This document shows positions 37,684 to 49,465 of a DNA stretch of 64,000 nt, piece after piece. A model generated the notes under the pieces. That model worked only from the letters and a program-made list of their open reading frames with translations. It was not told the DNA's origin and did not search any database. Position numbers and translations under genes: made by a program. The stretch is from Schizosaccharomyces osmophilus (Eukaryota), in the NCBI RefSeq assembly GCF_027921745.1, contig NC_079238.1, positions 248,001 through 312,000 of the forward strand, given 5' to 3'. Numbering within the stretch: position 1 is the stretch's first letter; every line of letters starts with the position of its first letter.

Positions 37684-38388
37684 TCAAAACACATCCGCTT
37701 GAAGCATTTTATTTTTCCTGTTTAAACTCGGAATAATCCGACCATCTTTATCCGCACTTAATGTCTGAACATAGAAGGACATATCATTGGGACGTGGATC
37801 TCTTGTACTACCAGTAGAAGTGATGATACCAGCTACTCCGAACATAAGTTCCTTTGAGGAAGCAGTTGATCTTCCGTAAGAAAATGGTAACGGTATGTTT
37901 TTGGTAGATATAAATGTGTTCATTTTAGAACGCATGGTCTCTTGTTCGGACGACGAATCTAACAGTTGGATATTGGCGTAAAGCGCACCACGCTGCAGGT
38001 TGGGTTTTTGTGCAAGATAGGCGTTGCTGTATGGAAAGCTTTGAGGAAGGAAAAACTGAGCAAATTTATCATAATCTTCAACCTTTCTGTTTGTCACCGG
38101 AAGGTTCAGATCCTGTAAACGTTTCAGCGTCCGCACAAAGCGGTCGCTGGGGGAAAAGGAGCATTGACTCTCGGGAGTATCGAATTGGTCAACAGATATA
38201 TGTCGGGTACTGAAAATGGGAAATTTCCGCTTCACACCCCAATCGCCTCGATTCCGTTGTGATTTTTTTGCAGTCAACGCTTGCAGAGATGGGAAACATG
38301 CATTCCCGGGTTTTACAGTCAAGTCTTCAGGTATAATACGAGTCAAAGTTACAGCCCGTGAGTTTCGGAATAGGTCGATAAACTTCAT
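37684..38388 (-). CDS. mug178: mitochondrial ribosomal protein Mrp51-like
   Basis: MKFIDLFRNSR..., RGDWGVKR motif of the Mrp51 family; synteny. Confidence 0.75.
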   Translation of the reverse strand: MKFIDLFRNSRAVTLTRIIPEDLTVKPGNACFPSLQALTAKKSQRNRGDWGVKRKFPIFSTRHISVDQFDTPESQCSFSPSDRFVRTLKRLQDLNLPVTNRKVEDYDKFAQFFLPQSFPYSNAYLAQKPNLQRGALYANIQLLDSSSEQETMRSKMNTFISTKNIPLPFSYGRSTASSKELMFGVAGIITSTGSTRDPRPNDMSFYVQTLSADKDGRIIPSLNRKNKMLQADVF

Positions 38389-39388
38389 TTTAACGATTAA
38401 TTTCAATATGAAGCATTAAAGGGGGAACAATATAAGGTAAAATAGAAATCCTTTTTCGTCACTTCCTGGAAAGCAAAAAAGAATGGTAAATAAAATAAAA
38501 ATAATTGGGTCAAATAAATATAAGTTTATCTGGAGGATAAGCGCAAAGCGATGCCAAGAACTAGAAATATGTGATCGACTACTCAAGTCGCGTTTCGAAC
38601 CAGCGCTACATTTAAAACTAATTCACAAACAACCAACCAGAAACTAGAAATGTCCAAGTGAATCTTTATAAAAACACTCACCTTTCAACCACGATTTCTA
38701 GTGAACGATGGTAAAGGAAGAGATGCGAGTATACTGTTCGATGCAGAGGACATTGTTACTTACTCCCAAAACATAATAAACAATGCGGAAGACAACTTCT
38801 TCTTTGGACAACACTCTATAAGAGATTATTTACTCATGAATTACTCCTTGGAACATGAAATACGCGTATATTCTTTAATACTAGCTAGAAATTATAAACG
38901 AAAGTTTATAATTGGATGAACGAGTGTGAAATTGAATGCCTTTCTCTTCCGTTTTTTATATTTGTAAAAAGTGCATATGGCGATTGGGGTCGTATATAGA
39001 TTGTATGTAAGTTTAACGTGAACAACGACTTTCAAATCGTAGAACAGTCATGACAAACGGTATGGTACTTGAATTGGACATGTACGCTTAAACACCTACT
39101 CCTATAATCAGAATCAAATAGCAATTTGTCTATAAAGCAAATAAACCACCGTCTATTCGAGTTGAGACACCTTAAAAAGAAGCATTTAGTATGGAGCAAT
39201 GAAAAGGTTATGGCCATTACCTTTTTCAATTCTCTTCTGTTTTGCTATTTATGCTCTTTTTTTTGGTTTTTTTTACTATATGCTTTTATATCATTACCAT
39301 CTCTAATTTGATGGTTAAAACCTGTGGTACCCAGAGACCTATTTTTACGAGTGCATTTACTGTAGTTGGCCGGCCTTTTTAAGGCGAA

Positions 39389-42300
39389 ATGATTGTTTCA
39401 AACCTTTTTTGGAGTAGGCTTGTTTTAAAAAATGCAAGTCAAGTAAAAAGAAAAATAAATGAGCGATTGTTTAGCCATTCGTCGTTTTTGAAAGCAGCAA
39501 ACATTCTCGATGGAAAACAATTGTCTAGGTAAGTGTTTTGACTTTTAAAAGAGAAAAGAAATAGGGAAAAAGGTTGGGTTATCATGCAAAGGATTGAACA
39601 TGACCTAAAATGGGGATCTTTGAGTGGATGAGTCTCATTTATGAATGTTAAACGTTCATCCTATGTTCCGTACCTTTTATGAAGTTTACATCTGTTTTTT
39701 CGATGTAATTAATCTTTTCACATAGAAAAATGCAGAATTCTGTTGCTGAAGAGGTTGAACGGTTGAAACGAATGGATGAAAAATATCATCCTTCCCTCGC
39801 AATCGTTCAGGTTGGTAAGAGGGAAGATTCCAACGTATACGTCCGCATGAAAGAGAGGGCAGCCAAGAAAATTGGCATTGCATACAAGCATTATGCATTT
39901 CCTGATAGTATTAGCCAATCTACCCTATTGCGTGAAGTACGAAAGTTAAACAATGACCAGAGTGTCCATGGAATTCTCGTTCAATTACCACTTCCTCGTC
40001 ACCTCAATGAGAAAACCGTTACTGAATCCATTCTAGCTGAAAAAGATGTTGATGGTTTTGGTGCTGTGAACATCGGTATGCTTGCAAAAAACACGTCAAC
40101 ACCCATCCATGTTCCTTGCACACCCATGGGGGTTATGGAGTTGCTCCATCAGTATAGCATTCCCATTGCCGGTAAAAATGCAGTCATCCTTGGGAGAAGC
40201 GATATTGTCGGGAATCCCGTAAGCTACTTGCTTCGTCAAGAAAACGCTACTGTTACCGTTTGTCATTCTCATACGGAAAATCTACCAGAGCAAATTGCAA
40301 AAGCAGATATCTTAGTTGCTGCATTAGGCAAACCAGAGTTCGTTCGTGGAGAATGGCTTAAGCCGGGTGCAGTGGTCATTGATGTTGGAATTAATGCTAT
40401 ACACCATAATGGCAAGCGCACACTAGTTGGTGATGTCCATTATCCTTCTGTTTCTCAAGTTGCTGGCTACATTACTCCTGTTCCAGGCGGTGTCGGTCCT
40501 ATGACTGTTGCAATGTTAATGTGTAATACCGTCAAAGCAGCTGAGCTCTTGAGAAACAAAAGCATTTTACGTAAAGTTTCCATCAACGAAATAGCTCTGA
40601 AAGATCCTGTTCCTTCTGATATTGAAATAACAAAATCTCAAGAGTTAAAGAAAATCACCACCGTGGCTAAAGAATTGGGAATACATGAAACGGAAATCGA
40701 AACATATGGTCATTATAAGGCAAAAGTTGACATGAAACTATATGAGCGATTGAAGCATCGTAATGATGGTCACTATATTGTTGTCAGTGGAATCACTCCT
40801 ACACCGTTCGGGGAGGGAAAGAGTACCGTAGTTGCGGGACTGGTTCAAGCTATTGGTCATTTAGGTAAACTGGGTATTGCTTGTGTTCGTCAACCCTCCC
40901 AAGGCCCCACCTTTGGCGTTAAAGGTGGAGCAGCTGGTGGTGGTTATGCCCAATTTGTTCCTATGGATGATTTTAACTTGCATATGACGGGTGATATCCA
41001 TGCCGTTACAGCTGCTAATAACCTTTTAGTTGCTGCTCTTGAAACCAGGATGTTTCATGAAAGCACACAAAGTGATGCAGCTTTGATTAGAAGATTGCTA
41101 CCTTTAAAGGATGGTCGTCGTGTTATTCCTAAAGGTTTGCTTCAAAGATGGAACAAAATCTGCAATAATTTAGGTCATGACCCAAGTGAACTTGAAAATG
41201 TCAGTCAGGAATTGTTGGAGAAATTTGTTCGCCTAAATATTGACCCTGAAACTATTACCTCCAATCGTGTCTTAGATGTTAACGATCGCTTTTTAAGAGA
41301 AATTGAACTTGGTTTAGCCTGCACCGAAAAGGGACGGAGTCGGAAGACTTCCTTTGACATATCCGTCGCCAGTGAATGTATGTCAATTTTGGCTCTTTCA
41401 AATGATTTGAAAGATATGAGACACCGCTTAACCAATATGGTAATCGCCAATGACAAAAAAGGTGATCCGGTAACTGCTGGAGATCTTGGTGTAGCAGGAG
41501 CTATGGCTGTCTTGTTAAAAGATGCTATTAAACCTAACCTTATGCAGACGCTGGAAGGTACACCTGTTTTGGTACACGCCGGGCCGTTTGCAAACATCAG
41601 TATTGGCGCTTCTTCCACTATAGCTGACAAAGTTGGCCTTAAACTAGCTGGTACAGAATCCTTTGAAAATGCTGATAAGGCTGGTTATGTTGTCACCGAG
41701 GCTGGTTTTGCTTCTGACATGGGTATGGAAAAGTTTTTCAACATCAAATGTAGAAGCTCAGGATTGAAACCAAGTGCAGTAGTTTTAGTGGCCACAGTAA
41801 AAGCTCTTAAGCTTCATGGTGGTGGCCCAGAACTTAAGCCCGGTGCACCTTTGCCCGATGAATACCTCTTAGAGAATCTGGATCTTGTTCGCAGAGGCTG
41901 TGCGAATATGGTTCAACATATACGAAATTCTCAAAAATTCAACGTCCCGGTGGTGATAGCAATTAATAGCTTTAGAACCGATACTAACAAGGAATATGAA
42001 ATTATTCGTCAAGAAGCTCTCGATGCTGGAGCCGTTGACGCTATCCCTTCCTACCAATTTAGTAAGGGTGGTCAGGGAGCCATTGGTTTGGCGGAAGCCG
42101 TAATGAAAGCTTGCTCTACCCCCAATGAAGGTGGGTTTAAGTTTCTGTATGATACGAAGGCCCCGATCGAAGAAAAAATTACAACTATCGCGAAGGAGAT
42201 GTACGGTGCTAAAGGGGTTGAGTTTAGTCCTTTGGCGGAAAGACGTATGAAGGATTTTAAGCGTCAAGGATACGAGCGTTTACCCATTTGTATGGCTAAG

Positions 42301-42507
42301 ACTCAATATTCACTTTCGCATGACCCTAAGCTGTTAAACGTTCCTAAAGACTTCGTCGTACCGATTCGTGATATGCGTTTGAATGCTGGAGCTGGGTTTA
42401 TCTATCCCTTAACAGCTAAAATCCAAACCATTCCTGGTTTACCTACGGCTCCTGCTTATCTTAATATAAATTTGACTGACGATGGTGAAATCTTGGGTCT
42501 TTCTTAA
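39389..42507 (+). CDS. ade9: mitochondrial C1-THF synthase (trifunctional), 2 exons (intron 39529-39725)
   Basis: Presequence exon MIVSNLFWSR...ANILDGKQLSR|KMQ; YVRMK, TPVPGGVGPMTVAML, TPFGEGKST, HAGPFANI. Confidence 0.92.
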
Positions 42508-42709
42508 ATGAAGGACCACAACGATGGAATGGCAGAGTTAGACTAAATTTACAGAAGGAATTAAAGGCTAGGTTTTTTGGAATAAAGAAAAATTATTAAA
42601 GTTATTTTTATTATTATATTATAACGGTAATTAAGGAAAGCGAAAATGTAAAAGGTTGATTTATCAAGTAATAGAAAGGCGTTGATTAAGTTTAAAGGGT
42701 GTAATTGAT

Positions 42710-43807
42710 TTATCCTCTTGAAAAAGAGGGTGATTTTTTAAATATGAGTTCAATGCAGTCATTAAATCGTTTTAAGTATTTCAGTTCGTTTTCTTTGTCA
42801 TCTTCAATGTCCATAGAAGTACACAAATAGAAGAAAGAAGTAATTACAAATCGAGAAGGCCACATAACATCGAGGATGATCCATAGGGAGGCGCATATAA
42901 TTTCACTTGGCCTAAACGCAGTAAATCGACAATCTATGAAGGGGTTAAATGATGTTTTTTTGTAGATATAACGCGTACCCTTCATTATCTCAATTAACAT
43001 GTACTGCCACTCACACATCAGCTGCTCGGAATCCTCTTCTGAAAGAGTTTTGAAAAACCAATGCTGGAAAATTAGAGGAGTAAGGTAGGATTCAACGGAC
43101 GGAAGCGATAAGACATAAATATTGTAGGACAATAGCGACAGTACAATTTTTTCATATTTCTTTTGATAGATTAATAGGATTTCACCAAGCGTAAGCATAC
43201 CTCCAATTCACGTATCGATAGACTTGGTGCAAGCTGCTTACAGAAACTTTTTTTAGCTTTTCACGAGATATGATTAGTTTATAAAGAGGAGTAGAAAAGA
43301 TTATTTCAATAGACGTACCAACCGTATAGTCGCTTGTGAGTTTACAGGCGACAAACAAAGTTCCAATTGCATAAATCTTGAAAGCTTTCGAAGGGATAGA
43401 GGGTTTCGTAGAATAGCAACGATCTAAAAGTGATATTGCAATGCACAGAGTATCCATTGAAACATAGTCAATAGCTTCCTATAACAGTAAGTCGATAATT
43501 CAAGCACGAAGTATACCTCGTATAAAACTGTAAACAGCTGCCAACGTTTTTGAGAATATGACAAGTTCTTCCATATGGCTTCAGGTATAATCTTTCTAAC
43601 ACCGTTCATTTCCTGTTCGATGATCCGATTTAAGGTACTATCGCGTCGAAGAGACTTAAAATGAACGGTCAAAGAATCAGAAAGTTCTGCATCACTTGGT
43701 GATACTTTGGTTAAGTTGTCTTTAAAACGAATTTCTCCATAAGGTGATTCCAGGTTCTTTCGTTGATCATTGAATAGTAAACATGTTTCATATTTAGATG
43801 CCAGCAT
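42710..43807 (-). CDS. crs1: meiosis-specific cyclin Crs1, ~5 exons
   Basis: Cyclin-box pieces KRWQLF, MDTLCIAISLLDR, LFVACKL, FRPSEIICASL joined by GT-AG introns; synteny. Confidence 0.8.
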
Positions 43808-44141
43808 TTTGGTTTAAGCTAATAATTGAGTATTACTGTGTAAATAATTGTTTAAATTAAATGTTTTAAATAAAAAATTGACCGGATGTAAGTTGAGGTA
43901 GATGTTGGTTTTATGCAAATGAGAAATACGCGACTGTCCGACTTATATAAACATTGGAATTTTGGCGAGTAAAAGACTAGGGAAAGCTGTGAAAGAGGAA
44001 ATTGCGCTTACTATTTAGTTAAAAGAAAAATAAATGAGAAGAATAAATATTATTAGAATTCGTGTCATAAGTAATAGTAAGTCACAAAATAAAAGGGAAT
44101 GATGAACCCTGTAGATGAAAAAAAACGGCAACAAAGATATG

Positions 44142-44953
44142 CTAAGCACTCACCAAGGTACTAGCATTCGAAAAAACACTATTCTCAAGGGAAGGTGTAA
44201 TGATAGTGCCGTAGCAGTAAGGAGGAGGAGGAGGAGGAGAGTAAGAATTAGGCGTAGGTGCAGATGCAGGTGATGCAGGCATAGGGAAGAACTCTGAAAC
44301 AATTGTGCTCTGGGAAGAAGCAGATTGTACATCAGAAGGATCATTGGGGTCATTTGGAGGAACGTGTATGCGCGCAGGTTCAGGATAAGACGGCAAAATA
44401 CGACTTCCATTACAACGTCCAACTCCAAGGTTGTGGTAAGATATTCTTGGTGACTGCAACTTTTCAATTTCCATTCTTTGGATGAAGCGCAATCTGCTAC
44501 TTGCATTGTACAAAAAGGGATACGGGTTAGGCTCTGTATCAGGAAGCCGTGAAGGCGTTAAAACGACATCAATGCCCTCGCGTTCTCCAGAAGCACCAAG
44601 TAACTCTTCGTTTTCTTGTAGGTTCGGGGAGTAGCGAGGAAGAGTGATCGTAGATTCAGTAACTGGAAGATTATAAAAGTCTGCTTCACAATCTTCTTCA
44701 TCGTAGATGGGCATGCAACACAACACCGCTCGGAAAATTCGATATTTTTTATGTTTACAATCAATATACCTTCTGACTATGATTAAACACAGGATAAGCA
44801 TAGGTACCGAGATCGCAAGGCCGATCATCTATACGGAAATCCCAAGTTAGTATAACAAAAAACCTGAGAATATATACTTACAAATTTAAAAATTTGCAGA
44901 TCCTCCTGTTCAATATCAGCTTCTGCTGAAAAACTTTCTGCTTGGCTTTCCAT
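44142..44953 (-). CDS. mug110: single-TM protein with PY motifs (Mug110-like), 2 exons (intron 44881-44829)
   Basis: MESQAE...FKF|MIGLAISVPMLILCLIIVRR; phase-0 GTAAGT..CTAAC..TAG intron; synteny. Confidence 0.7.
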
Positions 44954-45636
44954 TCCGACAATCGTCCCAAAATGTTTATATTTCCCCTTAACAATACTAG
45001 TGTAAATAATATATACAAAATAAATACGGCTCTTTCCTCTCTTTTTCCTTTTCCTTTCTCCAACCTCTTTTAAATAAATGCTCTTAAAGGAAGAATGAAG
45101 GGACGAACATTTTTGAGTATCTTCCAATGTAAACAAACACTTGATTTTAGCAAATATTACCGACCAAGCCATATTTTCTTCATGAACCATCATCAATTTT
45201 ATAAATGTTAAACAAAACCATAGTTCTTTTTGATCCATCTCTTTCAGTAACCGTAGAAAATAGAGGTTTGACTGAATGCTTGAAAAGCATAAGGAACTCA
45301 ACATTCATCCTGATCGCAAAAAAACCTGTAATTGGAAAGCAGTAATCCTTTTATTTCTATTTTCTTAATCCAAATGCGATGCTAGATGGATGTGAAATGA
45401 AGAAAGGATTCAAGTTCATGTGCCGTCCCTTTCTTAGAAATTTCAAAGACAAAATTACTTTTATTAAATAGAAATAATACACATTATAAAAAAAAAGAAG
45501 ACGCTTTCTGGAATCGTTTGTAGTTCCGTAATTTTCACATGCTGACGGTTTCTCGACCGTTTTGACGCTCGCTCAACTCTACCAAACTAAACCAAGGATA
45601 TCGCGCTTTTGACGTTTTCCGTCGAATTAGCAAAGA

Positions 45637-47199
45637 ATGGATAAGAAAAATACCCAAGAAGAGAAAAATTCACAAAGCTCTTATTCCGAGGGCGGAATTC
45701 GCGAACTTTTGGATCGTTTAGCACTTCGTTCTTCAGTAGAAGAAGAAAAGGAAGCTCCAGCCAAGACATATGATGATTACAAGTTTTGGAAGACCCAACC
45801 AGTTCCTAAATTTGGTATGTTTTGGTGATAAATGAGAAAGGTGGATATGAAGCTAATGCGACATTGAATAAACAGATGAAGAATGCGAAGCTGAAGGACC
45901 TATTGACCCAAATACTGACATTGAAAAGGTTTCAAAGGAACCCTATCGTTTATTGAAAGAGTTTGAATGGACAACCATGAATTTAGAAGACGATAACGAG
46001 GTAGGTACTTAGGATCCATACTATTTACTAGTTGTGCAATTACTGACGACAACATATATATAGTTGCGCGAGGTTTATGAACTTTTAACGGAAAACTATG
46101 TGGAAGACTCTTCCGCGATGTTACGATTTGCTTATTCCGCTGAATTCTTGAGATGGGCTTTAATGTGCCCCGGATACGTCAAAGATTGGCACGTTGGTGT
46201 TCGAGTCAAGGCTTCCAACAAGTTAGTTGCATTCATTTCGGCAGTGCCTTTGGTGATTCGTTTGCGTGACAAACTGTTCGAGAAGTGCGCTGAAGTTAAC
46301 TTTTTGTGTATTCACAAAAAGTTACGTAACAAACGTCTCACACCTCTTTTGATTAAGGAAGTTACTCGTAGATGCCATCTTTTGGATGTTTGGCAAGCTG
46401 TTTACACTGGCGGTATTTTGCTTCCTAGTCCAGTTAGTGTGTGCCGTTACTTGCACCGCAGCCTAAACTGGAAAAAGTTGTATGAGATTGGCTTTGCTCC
46501 TCTTCCATTTGGAAGCTCTCCTACTAAGGAAATGGCCAAATATCATTTGCCCTCTGCGACAGCAACTCCTGGATTGCGTCCTATGGAAAAGCGCGATGTC
46601 GCCCAAGTTCAATCTTTACTGTCTCGCTATTTAGAGAGATTTGAATTGGCACATTTCTTTACCGAAACTGAAGTGCAACACTCGTTTCTCGGCGATAGCG
46701 AAGTTTCTAAAGGACCTGTCATTTGGAGCTATGTAGCAGAAGATCCTAAAACGAAGAAAATCACTGACTTTTTTTCCTTTTATTCACTTCCTTCCAGTGT
46801 CCTCGGCAATCCTCAATACAATGATATTAAAGCAGCTTACTTGTATTATTATGCTTCCGATTCTTATCCTAAAGACGATTCCAAGGCTTCTTTGGATACT
46901 TTCGTTGAAAGATGCAAGCTTTTGATCAAGGATTCCTTAATTATTGCTAACCGCGTACGTTTCCGTTGATTATACCAGATTGTTTACTAACGATTATGCA
47001 GCTTCGTTTTGATGTGTTCAACGCCGTGACCGTAATGGATAACAACCTATTTTTGAAAGACCTTCGATTTGGTGAAGGTGATGGCTACCTCAATTATTAT
47101 ATCTATAACTACCGCTGTCCTAAGGTTCCCGGAGGAATTGACTCTCAAAACAATATTGACAAGTCAAGACCGAGCGGTATGGGTTTTGTTATGATTTAA
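45637..47199 (+). CDS. myr1: glycylpeptide N-myristoyltransferase, 4 exons
   Basis: YKFWKTQPV, LTENYVED, EVNFLCIHKKLR, FGEGDGYLNYY. Confidence 0.95.
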
Positions 47200-47570
47200 C
47201 TTTTAAATACAATATAAAAATCTTGCTATTTTCATTTATAAAAGTAAAGTACTTTTAGATTGAACCGAATTTTGAACCCAACTACGTAGAAACGAGAAAC
47301 CAAGAGAGCCATTGAATGTATCATCTAATAAACTCAATTAGTGCACTACAATGGGAACCAAGAAACTTTCTTATACTCTTATTTTTCAATATTCCATAGG
47401 TACTAGTGTTACAACTGTACTGTAAGGTCAGTGCTTTATCTTATTTTTCTCAAAGCGAGCCCTTCACCAGCAAAAAACCCACGTCTAATGCTTTAAAATA
47501 CTTCTAAATGTTACTAGTACTTTCACGGCAGTAGTTAAAATTTTTGTTTCTAGCTAATTAACTTCTCTCT

Positions 47571-49265
47571 ATGTTCACCTTCAGCAGACACTTGTTCACC
47601 ACCAAACTACCCACATTCTGCCGGTCATCAAAAATTTGGAGCAGAAGAATGGCAGCCGTCGGTCAAGACATTAACGAAAGGGTTTCAGCCCAAGGAAATG
47701 TAGTTAGAACATTGAAAAGCCAAGGAGCACCTAAAAATGAAATAGACACAGAGGTAGAAAAGCTTTTAGCCTTAAAGAACCTTAAGGTTGGAGAATCTGG
47801 TTCGGGAAAAAAGAAAGATAGTTCATTCACTTTAAAGACGCCCAAAGGAACGAAGGACTGGTACGATAAGGATGTCGTTTTGCGTGAGCGTATCTTCAAG
47901 ACAGTTATTGATATCTTTAAGCGTCATGGCGGTGTAACTTTAGACACACCTGTCTTTGAATTAAAGGAAATTCTTGCCGGAAAGTACGGAGAAGATAGCA
48001 AGTTGATTTATGATCTTAAAGATCAAGGTGGTGAACTTTGCTCTTTGCGCTATGATTTGACTGTCCCTTTTGCTCGTTGGTTGGCTATGAATCCAAAAGT
48101 TACCAACATTAAGCGTTATCACATTGCAAAGGTTTACCGAAGAGATCAACCAGCAATGACCAAGGGTCGCATGCGTGAGTTTTACCAATGTGATTTTGAT
48201 ATTGCTGGTTCTTTCGATTCCATGATTCCCGACTCTGAGGCTCTCAAAGTCTTAGTGGAAAGTTTAGATTCCTTGGAAGTTGGAAACTACACCATTAAAA
48301 TCAACCATCGCCAAATTTTGGATGGCATTTTCACCGTTTGCGGTGTTCCTTCTGACAAGGTCCGTACTATTTCTAGCGCTGTCGACAAACTTGACAAGCT
48401 TCCTTGGGAAGAAGTTAAGCGTGAAATGGTTGTTGAAAAGGGACTTTCTGAAGAGGTAGCTGATAAAATCGGTAAATATGTTTTGCTTAAGGGCGATCGC
48501 TCTTTGTTAGAAAAATTGAAAGGCGATGCTCTGTTGTCTAGCAATCCTTCCGCAAGTGGTGCCTTTAATGATATGGAGCTACTTTTTGATTATCTTGAAA
48601 GCTTTGGTATTTTGAACAAGTTTTCCTTTGACATGTCTTTGGCTCGTGGTCTTGACTACTATACTGGCATCATCTACGAAGCTGTTACAGAAGCATCAGC
48701 TCCCAAGGTAAAGAGTTCAGTTGAAAAGAAATCTTCTGAAGACCCTGAAGCTGATCGCTCTAACGATGATAGTATCGGTGTCGGTTCTATTGCTGCTGGT
48801 GGACGCTATGACAATCTTGTTGGCATGTTTGCTGCTAAAAAAAATAGCCAAGTACCTTGTGTCGGTATTAGCTTGGGTCTGGAAAGGATTTTTTCCATCT
48901 TAAGATCCAGAATACCCGACGAAGAAATTCGTGCCAACGAAGTCGATGTTTTCGTCATGGCCTTCGGTGGTGGTAAAGAATGGACTGGATTTTTGAAGGA
49001 GCGTATGCAAATTTGCAATGACCTTTGGAAGAATGGAATTAAAGCCGAATTTTTATACAAAGCTAAGCCCAAGCCCAGACAGCAATTTGATGCAGCAGAT
49101 AAGTACGCTGTTCCTTTCTCTATTATCCTTGGACAAGATGAAATTGACCAAAACTCTGTACGTATAAGAAAAATGGGTTTGAAGGAAAAGAGTGATGAGG
49201 GTCAACTGGTATCTCGCGCTGATATGGTCAAGGTTCTCAAAGGCCACCTTGCCTCTTCAGATTAA
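47571..49265 (+). CDS. hrs1: histidyl-tRNA synthetase (mitochondrial and cytoplasmic)
   Basis: [44 protein letters not shown] domain; presequence. Confidence 0.96.
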   Translation: MFTFSRHLFTTKLPTFCRSSKIWSRRMAAVGQDINERVSAQGNVVRTLKSQGAPKNEIDTEVEKLLALKNLKVGESGSGKKKDSSFTLKTPKGTKDWYDKDVVLRERIFKTVIDIFKRHGGVTLDTPVFELKEILAGKYGEDSKLIYDLKDQGGELCSLRYDLTVPFARWLAMNPKVTNIKRYHIAKVYRRDQPAMTKGRMREFYQCDFDIAGSFDSMIPDSEALKVLVESLDSLEVGNYTIKINHRQILDGIFTVCGVPSDKVRTISSAVDKLDKLPWEEVKREMVVEKGLSEEVADKIGKYVLLKGDRSLLEKLKGDALLSSNPSASGAFNDMELLFDYLESFGILNKFSFDMSLARGLDYYTGIIYEAVTEASAPKVKSSVEKKSSEDPEADRSNDDSIGVGSIAAGGRYDNLVGMFAAKKNSQVPCVGISLGLERIFSILRSRIPDEEIRANEVDVFVMAFGGGKEWTGFLKERMQICNDLWKNGIKAEFLYKAKPKPRQQFDAADKYAVPFSIILGQDEIDQNSVRIRKMGLKEKSDEGQLVSRADMVKVLKGHLASSD

Positions 49266-49465
49266 TATGAATTATATAAATTTCCGTTGGTTAGAAATAG
49301 ATAAAAATGGAAAATTTTGTTTTGAGATATCTATTTATGTTTGAAAAGTTTGTAACGATTAAGAAGTCTAATGATTGATAGATTAGCGCATATAGCAAGA
49401 AGATGTGTAGATAGGATGGCAATAACGATAAGTATAAATCTTCATAGAGTTCTAAAGGCAAAACA

